A stretch of 64,000 nucleotides of DNA from assembly GCA_045863855.1 (NCBI GenBank), contig BTVV01000015.1, positions 16,259-80,258 of the forward strand. The letters run 5' to 3'. The DNA is from Planctomycetota bacterium (GTDB lineage: Bacteria > Planctomycetota > SZUA-567 > H5-PLA8). Numbering within the stretch: position 1 is the stretch's first letter; the number at the start of each line of letters is the position of its first letter. Shown here one piece after another: positions 57,401 to 64,000 of the stretch. The position numbers and the translations under genes are program-made. A model generated the notes under the pieces. The model had not been told where the DNA came from. It saw only the letters and a program-made list of their open reading frames with translations, and did no database searches.

Positions 57401-58840
57401 ATGGGTAAGCCAACGGGATTTATGGAAATCAAGCAACGCGAGTTGCCGACGCGCCGCCCGGTGGAAGAGCGCATCCGGGATTGGAAGGAAGTGTATCTGC
57501 CTTTCGCCCAGGAGACGCTTCAGCGCCAGGCCAGCCGCTGCATGGATTGCGGCGTGCCGTTCTGCCATCAGGGTTGCCCGCTGGGCAACATCGTGCCGGA
57601 CTGGAACGACCTCGTTTACCGCGACCGCTGGCGCGAGGCCATGGACCGGCTGCATTTGACCAACAACTTTCCGGAATTCACCGGCCGCTTGTGCCCGGCG
57701 CCGTGCGAAGCATCCTGCGTGCTGGGCATCAACGAGCCGGCGGTGACGATCAAGCAGATCGAGAAGACTATCGTCGAGCACGCCTGGAAGAACGGCTGGA
57801 TCAAGCCGCAGCCGCCGACGAAGGAAACGGGCAAGTCGGTGGGGGTCATCGGCAGCGGTCCGGCCGGGATGGCTTGCGCGCAGCAGCTCCGCCGCGTTGG
57901 GCACAAAGTCACGCTCTACGAGCGTTCCGACCGTATCGGTGGTTTGCTCCGTTACGGGATCCCCGAATTCAAGATGGAAAAGAAGTACATCGACCGGCGC
58001 ATGAAGCAGATGGAAGAAGAGGGCGTCGTCTTCGTGGTCAACGCGCACATCGGCGTGAACGTGGACGTGCTGGAGCTGAAGTCCAAGCATGACGCGCTGG
58101 TGCTCTGCGGCGGTGCGTCATCGCCGCGCGATCTGAAGGTGCCGGGCCGCGAACTCGAAGGCACCTATCCGGCCGTCCAGTTCCTCACGCAGGCCAACAA
58201 GGTGGCCTACGGCGATAAGCTTTCCAGCCAAGTCACCGCAAAGGACAAGCACGTCGTCATTTTGGGAGGCGGCGACACCGGCGCCGACTGCCTGGGCACG
58301 GTCATCCGCCAAGGCGCGAAGGAGATACACCAGTACGAACTGCTGCCCAAGCCACCGCTGGAGCGCGCCGCCAACAACCCCTGGCCCGAATGGCCGCGCA
58401 CGCTGCGCGTCGAATCGGCGCACGAGGAATGTGAAGCGCGCGACTACAACATCGAGACCACGCGCCTCGAAGGTGAAGACGGCAAGCTCAAGTTCCTCCA
58501 CGCCCGCCGCCTCAATTGGGTGAATGTGAACGGGCAGTTCAAGCCTGAGCCGATTCCGGGCAGCGATTTCACGGTTCGCTGCGATCTGCTGCTGTTGGCC
58601 ATGGGCTTCGTGGGTTCCGAGAAACCGGGCATGCTCGAAAAGCTGGGCGTCGAATTCGATCCACGCGGCAACGTGAAAGCCAACGCGGACAAGATGACCA
58701 GCGTGCCGGGCGTCTTCACCGCCGGCGACATGACCCGCGGGCAGTCGCTGATCGTCTGGGCCATCGCCGAAGGGCGTACCGCCGCGCACGGCGTGGACAA
58801 GTTCCTGATGGGCGAGACGCAGTTGCCCCGCCCGATTTAA
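57401..58840 (+). CDS. gltD: glutamate synthase small subunit
   Basis: MGKPTGF, RCMDCGVPFC, GSGPAG, GQSLIVWAI. Confidence 0.98.
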   Translation: MGKPTGFMEIKQRELPTRRPVEERIRDWKEVYLPFAQETLQRQASRCMDCGVPFCHQGCPLGNIVPDWNDLVYRDRWREAMDRLHLTNNFPEFTGRLCPAPCEASCVLGINEPAVTIKQIEKTIVEHAWKNGWIKPQPPTKETGKSVGVIGSGPAGMACAQQLRRVGHKVTLYERSDRIGGLLRYGIPEFKMEKKYIDRRMKQMEEEGVVFVVNAHIGVNVDVLELKSKHDALVLCGGASSPRDLKVPGRELEGTYPAVQFLTQANKVAYGDKLSSQVTAKDKHVVILGGGDTGADCLGTVIRQGAKEIHQYELLPKPPLERAANNPWPEWPRTLRVESAHEECEARDYNIETTRLEGEDGKLKFLHARRLNWVNVNGQFKPEPIPGSDFTVRCDLLLLAMGFVGSEKPGMLEKLGVEFDPRGNVKANADKMTSVPGVFTAGDMTRGQSLIVWAIAEGRTAAHGVDKFLMGETQLPRPI

Positions 58841-58961
58841 ACGCCTGCCGCCGCGGCGCTCTGGGTGAGCGACGCCGCGCGGTTTGGCAGCGAGGACCGG
58901 TTGCCGCCGCGTGCAAGCGCGGCCGCAGCCCGTCCACTCCTCCTGCGTCGTGTCCCTTGAG

Positions 58962-60311
58962 CTACAGCGGATTCTTCTGTCCGTAAACAGAGCCGTCGGT
59001 TTTCAATCCGTCGCGCTGCGGCACGGCGTAACGCGCAAACCAACCGTCCATACGGCTCTTCAGTTCGCGGATGCGCTCCTGCTGTCCGGATTCCCGCGCC
59101 AAATTCGTGCGCTCACTGGGATCGTGCATCAAGTCGAAGAGTTCATGCTCGCCGTGCGCATGCCGGTACACGAACTTCCACTCGCGCGTCCGGATCATCC
59201 GGACCGGCCCGTACTCGTCGAAGATCACCACCTCGTCGCGCGCATCGAGCGCCTCGCCGCGAAGCAGCGGCGCGAAGCTGCGCCCCGGCAGGTTGCGGTC
59301 CGCGATCGCCGGAAGTTCCAGGTAGTCGAGCAGAGTGGGGCAGAAGTCGTACGCGCTGAGCAGTTCCTCGTGGCTTACGCCTTGCGGAATGCGACCGGGC
59401 AGGCTGAGCAGCGCGGGCACGCGGATCGAGTTCTCGTACATATTCCGCGGCATCGTGCCGTTGCCTTTGCCCCAGAAGCCGTGGTGCCCGCACGAGAAGC
59501 CGTTATCGCTGAAAAAACAGACCAGCGTATTCTCGCGCAGGCCGCGCGCATCCAGAAACGCCAGCAGCCGGCCGATCTGATCGTCCATCGCGGTCACGGC
59601 CGCGAAGTAGCCCTTGAGCGCTTCGCGGTTCCCCAGATTTCCGTCGGTCAGGCGGCCCGCCCACGGATGCTTCGGTTCCTGCGGGCAGCTCTGAAAAGGG
59701 CAATCGGTGTAGCGATCGACGTACGCTTGCGGATGCTGCCCGATCCACGGGCTGTGCGGCGCGGTGTAATGGACGCTCAGGTAGAATGGATTCTGCGCCT
59801 CGGCGTAGCGCTCCAGCATAGCCAGCGCTTCGTCGGTAATCCGCTCGGTAATGTACCCGGGTTCTTTGATGAGCTGACCGTTGCGTACCATCGGCGCATT
59901 TTGGTACGGACTCCCTCCGCCTTGGTGGCAGTACCAATCGCGGAATCCGTGCTGCGGAAGCTGGCAGGCGCCGAGATGCCATTTGCCGCTCAGCCCGCAG
60001 GTCCAACCGTTGCGCGCCAATAGTTCCGTGTAGCAGGTCTCGTCCTGCAGGTACGCGTGTGCGTCCGGGCCCACCTGACGTCCTTCGAGGTAATCGTAAA
60101 CGCCGTGCTGCGAGGGGATCCGCCCGGTGAGAAACGTCGCGCGGCTTGGACTGCAAACCGGGGTCGCGACGAAGAAGTTGTCGAGCGCCAAGCCTTCGCA
60201 CGCGAGCCGGTCGAGGTGCGGCGTTTGAATCTCCGGATTGCTGCGTCCCATCGCCCACGGACCTTGATCGTCGGAGAGTACAAAGAGGACATTCGGTCGC
60301 TTGGGCATCAA
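58962..60311 (-). CDS. FGly-dependent sulfatase (choline-sulfatase-like)
   Basis: PNVLFVLSDDQG, CSPSRATFLTG, GKWHLG, APHSP, SDNG. Confidence 0.93.
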   Translation of the reverse strand: MMPKRPNVLFVLSDDQGPWAMGRSNPEIQTPHLDRLACEGLALDNFFVATPVCSPSRATFLTGRIPSQHGVYDYLEGRQVGPDAHAYLQDETCYTELLARNGWTCGLSGKWHLGACQLPQHGFRDWYCHQGGGSPYQNAPMVRNGQLIKEPGYITERITDEALAMLERYAEAQNPFYLSVHYTAPHSPWIGQHPQAYVDRYTDCPFQSCPQEPKHPWAGRLTDGNLGNREALKGYFAAVTAMDDQIGRLLAFLDARGLRENTLVCFFSDNGFSCGHHGFWGKGNGTMPRNMYENSIRVPALLSLPGRIPQGVSHEELLSAYDFCPTLLDYLELPAIADRNLPGRSFAPLLRGEALDARDEVVIFDEYGPVRMIRTREWKFVYRHAHGEHELFDLMHDPSERTNLARESGQQERIRELKSRMDGWFARYAVPQRDGLKTDGSVYGQKNPL

Positions 60312-60364
60312 CGCTCCAGACTCCTGGGGTGCCGTGAGGTTCGGGACCGTTCCCGTTCCGCGCG

Positions 60365-62404
60365 TTACTCGTCCTCGCCCTTTTGACGCGCTTTTGCCGC
60401 CGCGATCACCGGAGCCGCGATATGCGTGGGCACGTTTTCGTAATGGCTGAAATCCATCGAGAAGAAACCTTCTCCAGCGGTGATCGACTTTAACTCGCTC
60501 GCAAAGTTCTGTACTTCGCTGGCCGGCGCCTGGGCCTTGACGACCAGCATCTCGCCCATTTGGTCCATGCCTTGCACGCGGCCGCGCTTGCCGCTGATCA
60601 GTCCCGTGATGTCGCCCATGAACTTAGCCGGAATCATAATTTCCAGGTGGACGATCGGCTCGATCAGCACCGGTTTGGCCTGTTCGAATGCCTGCGCGAA
60701 GGCCTGCCGCCCGGCGATCTGAAACGCGATATCCTTCGAATCCACCGGATGGTGCTTCCCGTCGTTCAGCCGCACGCGCACGTCCACCACGTGAATCCCC
60801 GGCCAGACACCTTCCACGAGCTTCTTCTGAATGCCTTTGTCCACGGACGGGATCAGGTTGTTCGGGATCACGCCGCCGACGATTTCGTCGACAAATTCGT
60901 AGCCTTTGCCCTGATTGGGCTCGAGCAGGATTTGCACCTCGCCGAACTGCCCCGCGCCGCCGGACTGCTTCTTGTGCCGGTAGCGTACTTCCGCCGTGCC
61001 GGCGACGGTGCTGCGATAGGGAATCTTGGGCAGGTGCGTTTCCACCTCCACTCCGAAACGCTTGAGCCGGTGCATCTGCAAGTCGAGATGCAACTGGCCG
61101 ATCCCGTGCACAACCAGTTCCTTTGTCTCCGCATCGACGTCGACGCGGAAGGTCGGATCGCTCTCTGCGAGATGCCGAAGCTGCTCGCTGATTTTGCCCT
61201 CGTCCTTACGGTTCTTCGCGTTGACTGCCAGCGCCGACATGGGGTTGGGGAATTCCAGCTTGGGCAGTGCGAAACCCTGGTCGTCGGTGCTCAGCGTGTC
61301 GCCTGTGCCCATGTGTTCGTGCTTGGCAATCGCAAATATATCGCCGGCGGCAACGCGATCGATCTCCTTCGAGTCCTTGCCCTGGACGCTGAGGAAGTGT
61401 GCGAAGCGTTCGGCTTTTCCCGCGCTGCTGCTGTGCGCGCTCGAGCCGGACGGGAGCGTGCCCTGAAAGCAGCGCAGGTAGCTAATTTTACCGATGAACG
61501 GATCGCGCTTGGTTTTGAAAACCTGCGCGTAGAAAGCGCCCTCGGGCAATCCATTCAGTTCCAAGGTCTCGGTCTTCTCTTCGCGCTTGCGCAGCGCCGC
61601 TCGTTTCAGCGCTTCGGCGGGCGGGGCGTAGCGGTTCAATATGTCTAAAATTTCGGCACAGCCCAGATCGTGCTCCGCCGCGCAGCACAGCACCGGCGTT
61701 ACCGCGCCGGCGAGCAGCGCTTTACGAAAGCACACGGCGAGCTCATCGTCGGGAATGGCCTCGTCCATCAGGTAGCGCTCCATCAGCGCTTCGTCGGCGC
61801 TGATGATCGACTCCTTGAGCTTGGCGGAGAGGTCTTTCGCGCGCGCGGCCAGTTCCTGCGGCGCGTGCGAGGGATCGTTCATCAGATTCCAGACGCCCTT
61901 GAATCCCGCGCCGTGCCCCAAGGGCAGAAACATCGGCGCCACCGACGGGCCGAAGATGTCCTGCAGCTTGGCGACCGTGCTCTCGAAGTCCGCGCGCTCA
62001 TGGTCCATCTTGGTCAGCACCAGGATGCGCGCCAGGCCGCGGTTCTCGAGCTGCCCCCAGAGTTTACGCGTCATCACCTCCACGCCTGCCGCGGCGCTGA
62101 CCGTCAAAAGCGCGGTCTCCACCGCCGCCAGCGCTTCGACCACGCCCGCCACGAAATCCGGTGTGCCCGGCGTATCGAGCAGATTGATCCGCGTTCCGCC
62201 GTGATCCAGGTGCAGGATGGACGTCTCGATGCTCCCGCCGCGTTCTTTTTCGTCGGCATCGAAGTCGCTGACCGTGTTCTTGTCTTTGATCGTGCCCTTG
62301 CGTTTGATTGCGCCGGCTTTGAATAGGAGGGCTTCCGCGAGCGCGGTTTTCCCGGTTCCGTAGTGTCCGACGAGCGCGACATTGCGTATGGGGGCGTGGG
62401 CCAC
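60365..62404 (-). CDS. elongation factor G paralogue (EF-G2-like)
   Basis: GHYGTGKT, DTPG, HKKQSGGAGQFG, GKHHPVDS; GGAGG RBS before GTG 62404. Confidence 0.9.
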   Translation of the reverse strand: MAHAPIRNVALVGHYGTGKTALAEALLFKAGAIKRKGTIKDKNTVSDFDADEKERGGSIETSILHLDHGGTRINLLDTPGTPDFVAGVVEALAAVETALLTVSAAAGVEVMTRKLWGQLENRGLARILVLTKMDHERADFESTVAKLQDIFGPSVAPMFLPLGHGAGFKGVWNLMNDPSHAPQELAARAKDLSAKLKESIISADEALMERYLMDEAIPDDELAVCFRKALLAGAVTPVLCCAAEHDLGCAEILDILNRYAPPAEALKRAALRKREEKTETLELNGLPEGAFYAQVFKTKRDPFIGKISYLRCFQGTLPSGSSAHSSSAGKAERFAHFLSVQGKDSKEIDRVAAGDIFAIAKHEHMGTGDTLSTDDQGFALPKLEFPNPMSALAVNAKNRKDEGKISEQLRHLAESDPTFRVDVDAETKELVVHGIGQLHLDLQMHRLKRFGVEVETHLPKIPYRSTVAGTAEVRYRHKKQSGGAGQFGEVQILLEPNQGKGYEFVDEIVGGVIPNNLIPSVDKGIQKKLVEGVWPGIHVVDVRVRLNDGKHHPVDSKDIAFQIAGRQAFAQAFEQAKPVLIEPIVHLEIMIPAKFMGDITGLISGKRGRVQGMDQMGEMLVVKAQAPASEVQNFASELKSITAGEGFFSMDFSHYENVPTHIAAPVIAAAKARQKGEDE

Positions 62405-62684
62405 GGTGGATTCCTCCCGATTCGAGAAGTGAAGTCGATAGGCGGCGGTTCGGCTCTCCGAGGTCATGGAGGCGCGCGGCGATTTGTGTGTGCGGCCGGT
62501 GTGAGTGGGGGGTGGGCTGATAGTGGAAGGGCGCCCCCCACGGCGCCCCTCGCCCCGGCCCAAGACGCTCCTGGGCGCCTGGCCATGGCCGCATAGTCCG
62601 CACGTCTTCCTGCGATATAGTACGCGCAAACGCCACGCGCAAGGGCAGGTTAGGGTGGCTCCATCGCTCGGTTAAGGCCGGTGC

Positions 62685-64000
62685 TTAAATCCCCGCGGCT
62701 TTTTCCGGATGCTGTTCTTCGCGCGGGTAGCGGATCATCTCCACCGTCTCCTGCACGTCCTGCGGCGGCGGCGGCGTGAACGCCGTCACCGCCAGCGTCA
62801 CCGCGAAGTTCACCAGCATGCCTACCGTACCGATGCCTTCGGGCGAGATGCCCAGCAGCCAGTGATCGGCGTTGTTGTACTGCTGGTCCACGATGAACTT
62901 GAAGTAGACGATATACGCCGTAGTGAAGCCGATCCCCGAAAGCATGCCCGCGATGGCGCCTTCTTTCGTGGTCCGCTTACTGAAAATGCCCAGTACGATC
63001 ACCGGGAAGAAGCTGCTCGCCGCGAGACCGAACGCGAACGCCACCACTTGCCCCACGAAACCCGGCGGGAAGATCCCCAACAGGCCCGCCGCGATCACCG
63101 CCAGACCCGCCGCGATACGCGCGAAGAAGAGTTCCTCTACTTCGGTCATGTTCGGTTTCACCACGCGCTTCATAAGATCGTGGCTGATCGCCGACGAGAT
63201 GACCAACAGCAGCCCCGCCGCGGTCGAAAGCGCCGCGGCCAACCCGCCCGCCGCGACCAGCGCCACCACCCACGGCGGCAGTTTCGCGATCTCCGGATTC
63301 GCCAGCACCATGATGTCTACGTCGACCTTCATTTCCTTCGCCGGATCGGTCTCGGTGCTGCGCACTACGCCGTCGATCAATCCGTTGCCGTTGGTGTCCT
63401 TGAAGACAATCAGGCCCGTTTCTTCCCACTTTTTGACCCACTCGGGCCGCGTCTCGTAGGGCTGGCCGTGCAGGGTCTGGATCAGATTCACGCGTGCGAA
63501 GGCGCCCACCGCCGGCGCCGTGGTGTACAGCGCGCCGATGAACAACAGCGCCCAGAATGCGCTCCAACGCGCCGCCCGCACCGTTGGCACCGTGTAAAAG
63601 CGGATGATTACGTGCGGCAACCCGGCGGTCCCCACCATCAGCGCGAACGCGATGGCAAAGACATCGATCATGCTTTTCTTGCCTTTAACGAACGCTGCCG
63701 TGTATTCCGGAAGCCCCAAGTCGGTATTGATTTGGTCCAGCGCTCGCAGCAGCGTCTCCCCGGCATGCGGGCCGTCCACCAGAGTGCTGCCGAAGCCGAG
63801 CTGTGGAATTGGATTTCCAGTCAACTGGTGGCTGATCGCGAATGCCGGAATCAGGAACGCGAATATCAGCACTACGTACTGCGAGACCTGCGTCCAGGTG
63901 ATGCCTTTCATCCCGCCCAGCGTCGCGTAGAAGAAAACGATCACGGTTCCGTTCACCACGCCGTAATCCACGCCCACGCCCAAAAGGCGGCTGAACACGA
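62685..64000 (-). CDS. sodium:solute symporter (ActP-like), 5' truncated
   Basis: GGMKGITWTQV, GTAGLPHVIIRFYTVP, AAALSTAAGLL. Confidence 0.92.
   Translation of the reverse strand, partial: VFSRLLGVGVDYGVVNGTVIVFFYATLGGMKGITWTQVSQYVVLIFAFLIPAFAISHQLTGNPIPQLGFGSTLVDGPHAGETLLRALDQINTDLGLPEYTAAFVKGKKSMIDVFAIAFALMVGTAGLPHVIIRFYTVPTVRAARWSAFWALLFIGALYTTAPAVGAFARVNLIQTLHGQPYETRPEWVKKWEETGLIVFKDTNGNGLIDGVVRSTETDPAKEMKVDVDIMVLANPEIAKLPPWVVALVAAGGLAAALSTAAGLLLVISSAISHDLMKRVVKPNMTEVEELFFARIAAGLAVIAAGLLGIFPPGFVGQVVAFAFGLAASSFFPVIVLGIFSKRTTKEGAIAGMLSGIGFTTAYIVYFKFIVDQQYNNADHWLLGISPEGIGTVGMLVNFAVTLAVTAFTPPPPQDVQETVEMIRYPREEQHPEKAAGI

Overview
High-GC bacterial chromosome segment. A Planctomycetota-like origin is inferred (not proven) from lpxA, mcsB, sulfatase/heparinase and pilin-like secreted proteins, and the REP types. 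The left end is the start of the dcw cluster (mraZ, a small ORF, truncated rsmH). The most unusual region is ~2.5-10.6 kb: ten co-oriented, unrelated, compositionally mixed ORFs (ImmA/IrrE + PIN pair, DUF4826-like, SuFu-like, ankyrin, membrane and secreted proteins) punctuated by seven same-orientation copies of a modular, hairpin-forming, G-rich repeat with GGCACCCG-type tails. It resembles an integron or orphan-immunity cassette array, but has REP-like rather than attC sites and no recombinase in the window. The rest is largely housekeeping and metabolic: peptidases, SGNH hydrolases, a DGC/PP2C/anti-sigma/STAS/coaD run, rimO, a RelE-type TA pair, lpxA, pyrE, nifU-like, queD, mcsB, LysR-gltBD, sulfatase, EF-G paralogue and an SSS transporter. 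It includes apparent pseudo-enzymes (His-less hybrid kinase, catalytically stripped GDPD beside an orphan mcsB) and a recurrent GT-N-TA-N-AC motif upstream of secreted-protein genes. All domain calls come from motif recognition by eye, not database searches. No rRNA, tRNA, CRISPR array or transposase was seen.
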